Notes: generated by a model not told the origin, from the sequence alone. Positions 1-17,812 are shown, counted from the stretch's first letter. The stretch is DNA of 64,000 bases from the human T2T-CHM13v2.0 reference genome, Homo sapiens (GCF_009914755.1 NC_060941.1); one strand, 5' to 3'. Program-made: numbers and translations.

Positions 1-3000
1 AAAAAAAAAAAAAACTACCCCTAAATGGGAGTAATGCTTTGCTGATGTGAACTGAATGAGAATATAAATTTTTCATTTACATTTTAAACAGTAAAATTCT
101 CCAATAATACAACCAGTGAAAACATGAAAATCAGGGACAATGCTATTGGCCCCCAAGTTCCTGTGTAGGGAGGAACAAGCTCAAGTTCCTGTGTGGGAAA
201 AAGACAGGCCATGATTCTAGGGAAGGCAAGTTCTCACAGCCCCAGTAATTCTCAGTCCACTCTCTCCAGATCAGGCCAATGAAACTAACCAACCAACTAG
301 AAGCTTCCTGTCATCAGTGACATCACTAAGTCCCAGCAGTACAAGGTCTAACATTGTCCCCTTCCTCACTGATATAACTAAGCAGACCAGCCAACAGCCA
401 CCAATTGACAACAAACCACAGCTGGGACTAGGCCACATTTGGATCACAGAGAAAGACTTTCAGAATTCACTGCCTGCTAGTGGTACAAGTCCAGCCAAGC
501 CATTTCATTAACCTTGCAATAAAGCAATGCCACAGTTTATGCAACTGAATTTTTCAGACCCCAATTACTGGATTATGATAGGGTTTTTAGGATAGTTTGT
601 TCTATTTTAATTCAATGAATTGATCAAACAGTTTCAATGTCTGGCACAGTGGAGAAGGTACAAAAGTTAATAAAACATGTTCCTTGCCCGCTACTTACTG
701 AGAAGAACTTATGGTTTATTTAGAAAAGAGAGTCATAATAAAAAAAATATATAAGGCAAGCACAAATAGAGGGTCAGTCAAGAGTCCAGGGGCATACAGA
801 GGAAGGAGGTGTGTTTTCAAATGTCTTTAAGTACATCGTTTCTTTATTATTTACTAACAGTATCTATTTTAATTTATAATATTAAATATATTTAATAAAA
901 ATTGACAATTTTCATCCTTTGAAAAACTTGAGGTTACTGACTACGAAGCAGTTCCCATGTCCAGATACAAATTCAGTGAACTACAGAGGTAAGGACTACA
1001 GTCATCCTATCGTTATTATGATACAGCAGCAAGTGTATCACATACACAGACTACCCAGGGAAGGTGAAGAGCAAACTGGACTAAAGACATGGCATTCTCA
1101 CTATCAGGAAACAGAGTAGACATACTCAGTCTACTGCAATAAGGAATAAGAAAAAGTTATCTTTACCCATGTGGTTAGATGTGGGGATAGATGAGTTGGG
1201 AGACACCTCTGCTGCGCCCTCCCACCCCACAGAGTTCCCACCTCTAAGCAACACACAACCATTTCTGCACTTTATCCTCCTGTCATGTAGTCAAAAAACA
1301 GACTTAGAATGATGATATGAGTCATTCTGGGAAACCTCTCTCCCAGAAAAACATCTTCTAAGCTGGTCAAAATTAGCAAAGACAATCATTCAAAGTCTCT
1401 AAAGACAGATCAAAGAGGTTACAAGAAATTGAGAAGCATCCATCTATTCAACAAAACCTGTAAAAACTCACTGAGAACAGTGGAAGGTTGAGGCCTACAA
1501 GCTATGGACTGCCCCCTTTCCCCCACAGCTCTTACAGAACTGTTTTAACGGCCAAGGGGCAATTCCCATCGCCCTAGCTCCCTCCTATTCCAGGTACTTT
1601 TGGCAGCTGGTAAACATTGGCAGATTTCATTTTTCACAGCTTTGTGCTGCAGAAGGCCTATGATAAGCAGTTGGTAGTAGTCAGGTGGTACCCAACCCCC
1701 ATCTCCTGCTACATAGGGAGTGGGACAGTGGGTGGCAGTGCAGTCCCTCTTTCCCACATAGCTCTGCATTGCAGGAGAGCTGATCCAATGGCCTTGGCAG
1801 CCCATTGACAGTTTGCATTTTCTCTAGCTTCCTAGGACAGAAGACCTATGCTGGGTAGATTCAGCAGCCAATGAACATCAGCAGATCCCAACCTCCCCTG
1901 ATGTGCACTGCAGAAGAGCCACACTTGGTAGCGGCACCAGCTGGATGGAAGCACCTGGATGGCAGCATGGATTACACACAAACATACAGCATACACAGAG
2001 CTCCTGCTCCACAGGATGGATGCAGGTTGGGAAAAGCAGTGAGGAGCAAGTTCCATGTCCTCCCCCAACAACTGCTCCATAAGTTCTGCCCAGGAGACGG
2101 TGAGCGGAAGGCTCACAAACTGGCAAAATTCTGCCTCCGCCAAGAGACCTACGGCAGCTGGATCACACCGTGGAGCAATTTATGCCCCCAGGAAGTGAAA
2201 AAGGAAAAACATTGAAATGAAAAATTTATTGCCAGGAGTCAATTGTAGATTTGAAATAACAGAAGCATGAATCAGCAAACGTGAAGATACATAGCGGTTA
2301 TGCAATCTGAAGAACAGAGAGAAAAAGTAATGCAGAAAAAATAGCCTCAAAGAAGTGTGGAACACCAATTAAGCTCACCAACATGCATCTGATGGGAGAA
2401 CAGGAGGAGCGCAAAGATGGAAAGGAGCAGAAAAAAGGTTCAAAGAAATAATGGCTAAAAATTTGTCATATTTGATGGAAAACACTAAGCTATACATCCA
2501 AGCTCAATGAACTTTGAGTAAGATAAACACAAGGAGACCCACACCCAGACAACCATATTAAAAACTAAAGTCAAAGACAAAAATAAAATCTTGAAAACAG
2601 CAGGAGAAAAACAACTCATCACTTACAAAGAAATTCCAGTAAGACTAACAGATTTCTCAACAGAAACAATAGAGGCCAGAAAGCAGTAAGAAAACATATT
2701 TCAATGTGCTAAAAGAAAAAATCCAACCAATTCAACCAATAATCTTATATTCTACTTTTCAAAAATGAGGGAAAATAAAGACATGCCCAGATGAAACATA
2801 ACCTAAGAGAATTCCTCACTTGCAGACTCCCCTTATAAGAAATACTAAAGGAAGTTCTTCAGGCTGAAAGCAAGTGATACCGGACAATAATTCAAATCCA
2901 CACAAACAAAGAATCTTGGTAAAGGTAATTATGTGGGTAATTATAAAGACAGTATAATAACATATTTCTTCTTTCTCCTCTTAACTGGTTTAAAAAGCAA

Positions 3001-3535
3001 CTGCAAAAACCCATATGTATATAATTGTATTGTTAGGCTATAATATATAACAACGTAATGTTTGACAGTAACGGCACAAAGGAGGTAGGTAAAAAATGAC
3101 ACCAGATGGTAATTCAAATCCACAAAGAGAAGTGAAGGTTAATACAGCAAACTCCATAAATATGTACTTGCCACCCTTCTCTTAGAATTTTTAAAAAACA
3201 TAAAATTATATAAAGTAATAATTATAAAAATATATTGAGTTTGTTATATATAGGTATATTATATATAATAGCACAGGTTGATCTCCTGTGTCTTCTTTAT
3301 TGCCTTCTTTCGTATTAAGTGCATATTTTCTAGTGTCTAGAAATATAACCTTTCTATTCCCTAGAAAGGAAGGGGGAATAGAGCTATGTAGGAGTATAGT
3401 TTCTATAGCTCATTGGAATTCATTTAATAAAAATTTGAAGTAGATTCTGATAAATTAAGATATATATTGTAAGCCCTAAAGAAACCACTAAGAAAATAAC
3501 TCAAAAAATATAATTAAAAAATAATTAAAAGAAAT

Positions 3536-3911
<376 letters not shown>

Positions 3912-4017
3912 TCAAAAACTACATGAGACATAGAGAAAAAAAGGGCTGAGGTAAATCCAACCATATCAGTAACATTAAATGTGAATGGATTAAAAACCCC
4001 AATCAAAAGGCAAAGAT

Positions 4018-4300
4018 GGCTGCAATTCCAGAACTTTGGGAGGCTGAGGGAGGTGGATCGCTTGAGCCCAGGAGTTCAAGACCAGCCTGGGCAACATGGC
4101 CAAACTCCATCTCTACAAAAAATACAAAAATTAGCTGGGCATTGTGGCATGCATCTGTAGTCCCAGCTACTTAGGAGGCTGAGGTGGGAAGATCACCTGA
4201 GCCCAGTGAGCTCACGGCTGCAGTGAGCCATAATCATGTCACTGCCTTCCAGCCTAGGTGACAGAGCAAGACCCTGTCTCAAAAACAAAACAAAACAAAC
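4018..4300 (+). mobile_element. Alu (AluJ-like, 5' degenerate)
   Basis: cttgagcccaggagttcaagaccagcc...; (CAAAA)n tail. Confidence 0.92.
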
Positions 4301-4504
4301 AGGCAGAGATTTTCAAACTTTTTTTAAAAAATCAAGATCCAATAATATGCTGTCTATAGAATATGCACTTTAGATTCAAACATGTAAACAAGATGAAAGT
4401 AAAATAATAAAAAAAGATATACCATGCAAACAGCAACTATAAACAAGCTGAAATTGTTATACTAATGTCAGACAAATCAACTTTAAAACAAAAAGCTGTA
4501 CTAA

Positions 4505-4829
<325 letters not shown>

Positions 4830-5094
4830 AAGGAGGGACATTTAAAAATGATAAAAAGAGGTCATCCTGTTAGGGAGATGTAACAATTATAAATATAGAT
4901 AATTAATTGCAGATTCTCAAAACATATGAGGCAAAAACCACATTCTCCTCTATGCCTCAGGTCCCACCAAGCCCAATGAATTCATTTTGTATATCTGTAC
5001 AACTCTGTCTACCTCTCAGATCACACCATCTTACGGTTATTATCCATAGCTCCTCCCTTCCAACTGAATTTTTCAAGGTTAAGAACTATACCTT

Positions 5095-5400
5095 GGCCCG
5101 GTGTGGCTGCTCACACCTCTAGTTTCAGCATTTTGGGAAGCCGAGGTGAGAGGATCGCTTGAGCCCAGGAGTTCAAGACTAGCTTGGGCAACATAGTAAG
5201 ACCCCATCTCTACAAAATACATTTTTTAAAAAAAATTAACTAGGCGTGGTGGTGCGTACCCATAGTCCCAGTTATTTGGGAGGCTGAAGTTAAAGGATCA
5301 CCTGACCCCAGGAGGTCAAGGCTGCAGTGATCACACTACTGCACTCCAGCCTGGATGACAAAGAGAGACTCTGTCTCAAAAAAACAAAGAAAAAAAAAAA
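5095..5400 (+). mobile_element. Alu (AluJ-like)
   Basis: Dimeric Alu with A-tail. Confidence 0.93.
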
Positions 5401-7505
5401 ACATATCTTTGGTGCTTAGTACTTAAATTGTACTTTTTTTTCACCTTGGCATTGAATTGAAACCATTTCATTACTGTGGGATATAAGTTCAGAATCAAGA
5501 AAAAAAAGAATGATCTTTCTCAGTCTCCTTCTACAATTTTAAGCATGTGAAAGAAGACACAATTTCAAATGATGTACAAAGCACAAGATACATAAAATAA
5601 AAAGCATGTTGTCTAAACAAAGGAGAATTACACACAGCACATATGCTATGAGTATTCCTTCAACTTGAGGTTCTTGAACTTATAATTCCAAACTTTTTTA
5701 TTTAGGTTCATTTTGATTTTAACTCTATGTAAGACTATCTTATTTTCCTAATAGTGGAATGTAAACTCTTTTCAAATGCCCTCCTAAGTATTAGTCAGAA
5801 TCTTTATAAAAGATATCATTTTCCCCTACGAATGTAACTGATGCCACTTGGTCTGCTTGTTCTATAACACAAAATAGATTTGAGTTTCACCTTTAAATTA
5901 CATACCATCAAGAAAAGCCCAGAGCTTCTAAAATCATCTTACTGTCCAAATAAACCTATATTAGTATCCAAATATGCCTATACTGGTATTCAAACATTCA
6001 AAACGCCTACACTGGTATTTAGCTGAGGTGAACAGGGTCAGTCCTTGCCCCTTGCAGGAAGAGTCCTGGAGCAATGTGTCTCAAAATTTTTGACTACAGT
6101 AACTTATGGGGCTGAAGACACTGTCTCAACAACCATGCTCTGGTGAAAGTCAAGGTGGTTTGAAATGCCTCTAAAGTTACATGTTTAATATTTAAAGGTC
6201 ACACGACCTTTAAAGTGAGCTGTCTTTGTGATCTTTTAATATGAACAAATATTAAAAAAAAAAAAAAAACCTTTGAGTAAAACTGACAGTCCATGAACCG
6301 GCACCTTATTTATCCTATAGCTTATAGGTTTCCTGGGAAACACACCAGGTCACCGTGAATGAACAAGTAACCCAGGCTGAGAAACTGAGTCTCTGGCAAA
6401 CATCAATCCCGCCTCAGGATCAAGGATCAGGGCTCAGCTCTGATCCCTGATGTCACCGCAGGGCCACCAAGGCTTCTGGACAGGCCCTGGTTGCCACTTC
6501 CTGTCATCCCTCCCACCCATACCATGGCTAATTTCTAGGCCAGTGGTTTCCAACTTGAGTGCAAAAACGATAACGGAGACCCCTAAAGTTATTTTCAATA
6601 TTTCAAATATTTAAAGAAAAGTTTACCTTTTCCTAAAATTAAATGGCACAGACTAACCAAAATGTCAAGTTTCTTTGCTTTTGGCTAGGATTTTATCAAG
6701 TGAGTACTGATGATTTTTTTGTACTGACTTCTAACTACAGGCCCATGAGCAATGTCTTAACGGAAAAATGAATTCCTACTACATAATAAAAGCCATTTCT
6801 TTGTAAATAATATGGGTAAAGCATGGAATTCAAGGGCAGTGTAGACTGGAGATCAAGAGCCATGCCGCCCCTAATGATATGCCATCCTCGGGCTTCCTGA
6901 AGTCCAGAACTCAACTCCCTCCTGACGGACAGAACCTTAACTCCAGGGTTTCTGGTTTGTTAGCCCCTGAAGACGTTGCCATTTTTTTGGTCTGCTGCCT
7001 GACCTGACCCTTCAAACTACTCACATGCTCTCTGAACCTAAAAAGTCAGAAATTGCAAGAGAATTATATAAGTTGGAGCACATCATGGAATTGCAACATC
7101 GCTGTCTGGGTCCCTGTGATCTCTTTGGAGCATAGAATTCTGCAATTCAAGTCTTATTCATTTAAAATGATACACCTCATTTGCATATGCACTATAAAAC
7201 TTACTCAGAGTCTATTTTAGATACCTAACAATAATGATCTAATTGAGAACAATCTTGGTTTTTCTTTTGAATGAAATCATGTATTTTGTCTTACCATAAG
7301 ACAAAATGTAAATCAAAGTTTTTGCTTCCCATAGGAGATTCATCTGAACAAATCAATGTTATACAAGAAAGAATAAACTTTACATACTATTTACATGTAA
7401 ATGAAGTCAATATGCAATACAATGTCAACCCAAAACTTTAAATAAATGCTTAACAAAACTAGACGATGTGACTGAGAAAATGTTAACAATTTACAAAAAG
7501 AATTA

Positions 7506-7700
<195 letters not shown>

Positions 7701-7995
7701 TCAAAATTAATTTCACCCATAAGAAAAAAAAAAATCAGTCGATTCTAATAATATTGCCTTATGTCCATGATTAATTTTACTCCAATCATCTAATACTTGT
7801 GATACCAAGAATTTCTCCATAAATAACAAGAGTAGGGTCCTGGCATAATATTGTTAAATGGAATGATTTTGGTAAGGTACGAAGCCAAAACAGGAAGAAA
7901 TGATGACAGTTCAATACAAGATGAGACTTTATGAGGAAATTTGCTAGCCTGTATATTTCCTTGGTTAATTTTTTTTTATTTAAATGAGTCACATA

Positions 7996-8324
7996 CAATC
8001 ATGTACCACATAATGATGATTTAGTCAACAATAGACAGTACATATGATGATGGTCCCATAAGATCATAGTACTGTATTTTAACCATACTTTTTCCATGTT
8101 TAGATATACAAATACTTACCATTGTTTTACAATTATCTACAGTATTCAGTACAGTAGCATGCTTTGTACAGGTTTGTAACCTAGGAGCCAACAGGCCATT
8201 TACACCATATAACCTGTATGTGTAGTAGGCTATGCCATCTAGGTTAGTGTAAGTTCACTCTGTGATGTTCACACAACAACAAAATCACCTAATGACACAT
8301 TTCTCAGAATGTGACCCATGATTG
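7996..8324 (+). mobile_element. Tigger3a/MER7A-type TcMar-Tigger non-autonomous DNA transposon
   Basis: TA|caatcatg...catgattg|TA termini; internal ggtcccataagat...cagtattcagtacagta...ccatctaggtt matches the recalled consensus. Confidence 0.88.
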
Positions 8325-8619
8325 TACTAATACATGCAAACACAAAGACATACAGATGCTGGAACAATGTACACAACTGAAAGACAGTCAAGCCGTCAAC
8401 TGTAAAATGAATTCGCTTTACTGATGAAGACACCACCTAGTACTTGACTCATCAGTGACTGTAGCAAATGACTGAAAATAATAAAAGAATCACATTTTGA
8501 GAGATACAATTATATCTATCCAATTGCTTTCAGGGAAACCTAAAAATGGTTTTCACATGGCTGACATAATCAATATTATTAAATTATACTAAACTTTTTT
8601 ATAGTGTAAGTTTCTGGTC

Positions 8620-8790
8620 AGGGTAGTGACTGGAAAGGAGCACAAAGGGGCTTTTGGAGCACTGGTCATGTTCTGCTTCCTGATGTGGATTAGGGTTACA
8701 TGCTGCACGCAGGTGGTGACAATCCACTGAGTTGTTGAGATATATACCTTTATAGATGCATACTATAGCTAACAGAAATACTTTAAAACT
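8620..8790 (+). mobile_element. Old L1 3'-UTR fragment (L1ME/MC-like)
   Basis: gtgactggaaaggagcacaaaggggctttt...gttctg...ggttacatg pattern. Confidence 0.6.
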
Positions 8791-8989
8791 TATTAATAAG
8801 TTTCATGGTTTTGTCCCTCCCTTTCTTTCCTTTCTTCCTTTCTTTTAAAGCAGATTACTTGTACAACATAGCCAAAGACATAAGCAAACCATCATGCTGT
8901 TTGTCAATATATTTATTACAGCATGTAGCTTTTCATATAGATTATATATTTAGTCACAGAAAAACATATGCATAGCTAACAGAATCTAA

Positions 8990-10140
<1,151 letters not shown>

Positions 10141-10337
10141 GCCCTATTCTGTGAAAAATTACAACTCTGACTTCTGAAGTTTTCTTTTAAAGACATAAAA
10201 TTAAACATAATTTGCAAGACTAGGGACACTATGTAAGTGTGTTGGGAATCATCTGTCCCTAGCAGCAGTGCTGTTTTGAGTTCCCTCCTACTATCAGACC
10301 AACGAAAGTATGACACGGAGGGGGCAGTTCACACCTA

Positions 10338-10538
<201 letters not shown>

Positions 10539-11624
10539 TTAACCTACTTATAAAAAATCCACTATGCTAAAACTTCTTATATACAAAACTTCAACATGCT
10601 AAATGCTGGGACAAGCACAATCAGTAATATTTTCTCTGAACCATTACCACTACTAAGAACTTGGCTAAAATTTCTAACTTCTCATTGCAGTTTACCAACA
10701 CTAACCCAGAGTTTCTTTCTACACCTGACAAAGGGCTCCCCAGCATAATAATGAATAGCTACTACTTCAGTGATTCCAGGCATGCAACCCACTGTATCAC
10801 TGTGGGAGTCAAACAGTTATTTCACTAAAATTGATTAATTATTTTAAATGATGAGCTGGTAGGACATACAGCCTACCACTAAAAAATCATTGTTAATAAT
10901 TAACAAAACAACCCTCTTGATCTTATGAAGTATAAGGAGCCATTCATGGTTATGCCTTTTACTACTAAAGAACAAAATTAAACTACTTTAGGCAAAGAAA
11001 TGAAAACAGAGCTTGTTCCTCTACATTTAACTCTCTCCTTGATGTCCCGACAGCTATATAGTATGATGTAGGTCCAATCTTAACTGCAGCAGGAGACAAA
11101 GAGCCCCAAACTGCAACCTTGTAAAACAGGTATCTTCACAGAAAAACTGTATTTCTCTTTCCTACATATAGATATTCAAATATATAAAATCACACTCTTT
11201 GACATTTTGGCTGTAATTTAAGCCCTCTATTTCCTAGTTTTCTATTACACCAAAAAAAATTACTCCTTCAGGTAAACAAATAATAGAGACAGGAGCTGGG
11301 GAATTACAATTCCCCAGGATCCTACAGGAATGATCATTTAAATTTCACTTCACAAAAAAAAGTAAGAATCAGATATTCATACTATAAAGAACAGAACTTA
11401 AATAAATAAACATGAAAATTATAACAGTGACAGACTATCCAAAAAAGAAAAAAGAGTAGCAGAATAGTAATTTTTCTTCAGAAATAACAGTATTTTTCAC
11501 TATTAGTACAGAACTATTTGAAGTACTGAAGTTATAATGCATGGCATAATGTCATAGGATGTTTTAGAAATAGAATATTAAACATCAAAATATAATTAAA
11601 AGTTACTTTCAACACAGCAACTCA

Positions 11625-11861
<237 letters not shown>

Positions 11862-11879
11862 CTAAGAGTATTGAGTACT

Positions 11880-12200
11880 TTTATTTATTTATTTTCTTTC
11901 TTTTTTTTTTTTTTTTTTTTTTTTTGAGACAGGGTGTCACTCTGTCTCCCAGGCTGGAGTGCAGTGCTATATGATCACAGCTCACTGTAGCCTCGGGCTC
12001 AGGTGATCCTCCAACCTCAGCCTCCCAAGTAGCTGAGACTACGGGCATATGCCATAAGGCCTGGCTAATTTTTGAACTTTTTTGTAGAGATAAGGTTTCA
12101 CTGTATTTCCCAGTCTGGCTGAACTCCTGGCCTCAAGTGATCCGCCTGCCTCGGCCTCCCAAAGTGCTGGGATTACAAGCATAAGCCACCACGCCTGGCC
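11880..12200 (-). mobile_element. Alu (AluJ-like)
   Basis: Long T tract followed by reverse-complement Alu. Confidence 0.95.
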
Positions 12201-12539
12201 CCAGATTTGTACTGCTTTTTGATGGTTAAGTTTTGCCATATTTATCAGAACAACTTCTTGACATCTTACATCTGTACTTCACATAACACTAGTTTGATTT
12301 TACATGGTTCCTGTACTCAAATATAACAATCTTAATAACATGCCATAATAAAACCTATCATAATTATCATCTCTACAGTATATAATGCAAAAGCATTTTA
12401 TAACAAAAATCTGAGAAAAGTGTAAAAGAAAAGGAAAACACCAACACTCTCCAAATTGGAATTCTTCATATGATCAATAATAAATATCATCTGACCAACT
12501 AGAGAATAAATGGAATAGCAGTCACTAAAATGTCTGAAC

Positions 12540-12760
12540 TAGAGGCTGGCAAATTTTTCTTCAGTAAAGAGCCAAACAGTATATATTTTAGATTTTGTGG
12601 ACCATATAATGAATCTCTGCTGCAACAACTCAACTCAGCCACTGTAACACAAAAGCATCTATAGACAATAAATAGGTAAATAAATGAGCCAGTAAAACTT
12701 TATTTACAAAAACAGTCAGTGAGCCAGATTTGGCCCACACACTGTAGTTTGCCAATCCCA
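12540..12760 (-). mobile_element. MER58A hAT-Charlie element
   Basis: ggcaaattttt...gtaaagagcca...aaaactttatttacaaaaaca...gatttggccc...gtagtttgcca; flanks gtctgaac/gtctaaac resemble an 8-bp TSD. Confidence 0.82.
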
Positions 12761-12785
12761 GTCTAAACTGAATTCATAAGCCCTA

Positions 12786-13022
<237 letters not shown>

Positions 13023-13629
13023 TTACATTTACTAATTTCTTAACAGTATCTAGTTATTAAAACACTGACATTGTTATTTTAAGATGGTAATATCTGAAAA
13101 GTTACAAATGAATCTGGTAACCGTTAGCACTCTATTGAATTAGAATTTAACACACAATTGCCACTATAACCACTGTGACTCTCTACCAAAAAAATGACAG
13201 ACATAGAAAGTATATGCAGTACCACAAAATAAACACCTAATTATTTTTAAGTGTTCAGAGTAATCTTGCAACAGAATGGCACATAAACGTAAGATTTATA
13301 AGCACTACAATTTTTTAAGTTCAAAACATTCCCATTCTGGAATTATCTTTTTCTAGAACGTTCTTACAAAAATACATTGACTCATATTTTAACTATTTAT
13401 GCTAACAAAAAACAGTGAATTGCATACTTATAACAGGAATTCAAAGGTTATTTTCATTTTATTTTAGAATATATTCTTATACCTATACTTAAGTAGACCT
13501 CTGTCTGAGGTTCTGGAAATTTAAGAATAAATTTAAAGTTTGAACAACTGGAAAGTCTTAAGTACTTCCATTATTTGCAAAAGAAAAATATTAATAGGCC
13601 TCACGCAATGGATTATTAAAATGACACAG

Positions 13630-14930
13630 AAATGACTCATCCATCCATCTACTCATCCACCCACCCATCTCTAACCTACCCATGTAACAAAGATTCATTA
13701 GGTATCCACTATGCTCCAGCACAGAGGCAGATCACATAGGGCTTGTGAGCAATCCTTGGGTTTACTCTGAGTTTGATGAAAAGCCAACAGAGAGTTCCAA
13801 CAGGGCAGTGACATGACATGACTTATTTTGTTAAAGGACTATTCTGTTTCTCTGGGCAGAACATATATGGTGGGGGTGGATAGCGGTGTGCTGGTAAATA
13901 TTTTAACACCCGGCTCCAGGGCTAGGAAGGGGAGAGGATTCCGGTTTGTAGTGTTTGCTGATTTTTGTGGTGTAAAACTGTCATGGTAATTTCAAGCTAC
14001 CAGCATTTCACTGAACATGAACCTGAGAAGTCGTACACGTGATTAGCTCTAACAAACCAATACAAGTTGGCTCCAACACAACACTGAGCGGCACGGAGGA
14101 AGGAGCAGAGGGTAGAAGCAAGGAGACCAGTTACAAGGTTACTGTTAAGAGTGCAGACAAGAGCAGATGGTAGCTTGGATTAGGCCAACAATAGAGATAT
14201 GAAAATGGTCAGATTCACTAGGCATTTCGAGAGTAACGCCAACAGAATTTACTGATGAACTAGAAGTGGAATTTGAGAGAAGGAATGATTCCACGCCTTT
14301 GAAACTGGATAAATGGTGATGGCGTTTGCAAAGGTGGTAAAAAAGAGGAACGGATTTGGGGTGGGAATTCAGAATTTCGTTTTGGGCATATTCAGTAGAT
14401 ATCCAAGTGGATATATCCAGTAAGCAAGGCAATACATAAGTTTGGAGTTCAGGAGAATGCCTGGGGCAAGATAGCTACAATTGGGATAATACTAAACCTT
14501 GAGACTAGATGAGATTACCTAGAAAATAAGAGTAGATTTAAAAAAAAAAAAAAAAAAACAACTAGTGGAAGGAAGAATGACTGATGGACCTCTCCAACAT
14601 TCAGAAGCTGGGAAAGGAGCCTGGGAAGGAGCAAAGAAATAGGAGAGAATTCAGGAGAGCATGGGGTATTGGAAGCAAAATGAAGCAAGTGTTTCAGATA
14701 GAAATAGGAGTAACTGTGTTAAATGCTGCTAAGAGGCTACGTAAAATGAAGACTGACCACAGGACTTAACAACAAGGAAACCAATATGATGAACCTCAAT
14801 ATGATGGTTTTAGTGTAAAATTACAGATGGAAATCTGATTAGCTTGAGCTCAAGAAAGAAAGAGAAGAGAGGAGGTAGTGCCAGGGAGTATATATAGACA
14901 ACTGTCTGGATAAGTTTTGCTTAAAGGCTG
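13630..14930 (+). mobile_element. L2 fragments with a (CATC)n-type tract
   Basis: gcagatcacatagggcttg...ggagaccagttacaagg...ggtagcttggattagg...aaatgctgctaagagg L2-like text. Confidence 0.7.
13881..14086 (-). mobile_element. MER63-type hAT-Blackjack element inserted in L2
   Basis: Termini tagcggtgtgctgg ... ccaacacaacactg; internal atttcaagctacca. Confidence 0.75.
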
Positions 14931-15918
14931 ATGCAGGTCGGGTGAAGGTGAGTTTTTGTTTTGTTTTTTTAAACAAGACACAATAGTATATTTTCATGCT
15001 GTACAAAGAAAAAAGTATGCAGGAAAGAAGAAGCTGTGTATCCAGGAAAGGATGAGAGCTCGTTCACAAGAGGAGAGGTTGGCCCCTAGAAAAGAACAGT
15101 TTAGAATGGGAGGGAAAGTAGTTACTAAGGAGATGCAAGTCAGATGCTCTATCAAAGGGAAGATGTGGGCATTCTCTTCTGATGGCTTCTACTCCGTCAG
15201 TAAAATTACAAAGATCATCAGATGATTGTTATTTTCATCACTATTATTCCTCTTCCCTAGTTAGGAAAACCAAAGCCCAAAGGGCTTACAGCCAGGATTT
15301 AAACCTGTTCTTCCCCTCTCTAAGCTTCATTTCTTATTTCCAAAATGAGTATAATAATTCAACTTCTTAAGGATTTGGGGAAATCAAATGAGATAACAGA
15401 TGTATAATATGTAGCATAATGCCTGGCACCAACAAACAGAAGCCCCCCCACTTCCCTTCACCCACAGCAAAGCTGAAACTAAAATCAGCATTTCTAAACA
15501 CTCAGTTAATATTCAATGTACACTGCACAAATGCAAAAAGGTAGCATCATGATATGAATATAGGCAATCAAAATAATTATTTAAAAGGTATGTTGTTTAC
15601 TCCATCTAAAAGCACATATTGTGCAAAGTATTTTATTTAATAAGTCATCATATGGAACAAAAGGATAATTTCTACTCAGCTTCCAAAAAAGTTTAAGAGC
15701 AAAATCTGGTGCTTAATTGGCATGCCTTCAGTTAGTCTAAAATTTTGGTAATAATTTCCTTTTCTCAAAGAGCCACCATTTGTTACTAGGCTCTTGTCTC
15801 TTACTTTGTATTAATGTTTCTCAATTTTATGGCCTCTGCACATTTTACTAGAGCAAACTTAAATTATTTTTGGAAGCAAACCAAAAAGGTTTTTAAAAAG
15901 AGTAATTATTAATATTTT

Positions 15919-16220
<302 letters not shown>

Positions 16221-17356
16221 TTAAAAAGTAAAATAAAAGAGTAATTCTTTTTATTGTCTGATACTAATTACTAAGTAATTTTTTGTTTCTTTGTTTTTCT
16301 TAGACATTGGAATTCTATTATAGTAATAAATCTTGAAAATTGCTATTAAAAGTCAGCTTTAAATATTGATTTCTTAAATAAGAAAAATACAAGCCTGAAG
16401 TTGATAATCATTTTTTATTAAAAATCATATCAAAACATGTTTTTAAATTCTTCGAACCAAAATTGAGTTCATTTTTCCATTTTTCATTCAATTCAAGACC
16501 ATGCTTGTAAGTGGTATTTGGTGAGAGGGAAATTTTACACAATGTAGATAATCTAGACTTGGCAGAAGAATTATAACCTCTATATCATAAGCTATGTATA
16601 ATCATTTTCTTAAAAGGCAAGCACTGGCTCACATAAAAACATCTCTGGATGCATCAAAGTTAATCATGAAAAAAATCCTAATGATTTCTGATCCTGGCCT
16701 ACCTGTCTAAATATCAACTTACTGGTAAGCAAATACTAAAGAAAAACTATGCAGTTATGAGCCACATTTTAAAACTAAAATTCCACCCATCCCCCAGATG
16801 AGCTATTAAATCTGATAGTAGAATAAAGGCATTTTCAGATATGCAAGAGCTAAAAAACATTACCTCTTACGAACTTTGTCAGAAGGGTTGAAAGCACTAG
16901 TTAAGTGTGTGTACAAAAGGATGTGCACCATCAAAACAAGGTAGAAAATCAAGAAAGAGGAAGACCTAAGATCCAGGAAATGGGATCTAATATAGGAGAG
17001 AAGAAAAAGAAATTCCAAAATAATGGCAAAGAGAAGTATCAGCATAACAAAGAACAACCAGTTCAGAAAGGAGGAGCAAGTGAAATCCAGAAGGGGAGTT
17101 TCCAGGAGAAAAAAACAGCACTGACAAATTATCTAAGAGCTGTAACAATGAAGACTTGTTGTGGCAGGTATTTACAGGGTTACTTAGGGTGTAAAGACCT
17201 GATTAGATGTTCAAAGAAAATAAAGCAAATGAAAAACAGTAAGTATTATTAATGCTAGAACAAATCCAAAAATGTATATGAAAGGAAATATGCATATTAT
17301 TTGTTAGGAGCAAATAACTTACAGGATCATAATAATAAACACTAAAAATGAAGCTA

Positions 17357-17632
<276 letters not shown>

Positions 17633-17685
17633 CTACAATAGAAAGTCAACAAATATCCAAAACCAAATTAAGACATAACAGTTGA

Positions 17686-17812
17686 TATATGTATGTGTGT
17701 GTGTATATATTATACATATATACACATATAATTTTTATTTTTATGTATTATATATTCATAATTTGTTATATAATATATACACACATATAATTTTTATATA
17801 TTATATTTATAA
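17686..17812. repeat. (TA)n/(TG)n low-complexity tract
   Basis: Alternating purine-pyrimidine runs with duplicated acacatataatttttat. Confidence 0.8.

Noticed and set aside
1545-2215. Overlapping ORFs up to 114 aa as a hidden gene or processed pseudogene
   Set aside because: No recognisable protein, poly-A or TSD; embedded between L1 5'UTR-like and ORF1-like sequence.
2876-3130. Repeated taattcaaatccaca segments
   Set aside because: Both lie inside the old L1 and are probably intrinsic to it.
10311-10330. CTCF-like motif gacacggagggggcag beside the 10339 donor (also ccactagggacag near 62673)
   Set aside because: Only half of the core consensus matches in each case; not supportable without ChIP data.
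16905-17252. 115-aa Lys-rich ORF
   Set aside because: A-rich decayed L1-like sequence with no domain and no splice context.
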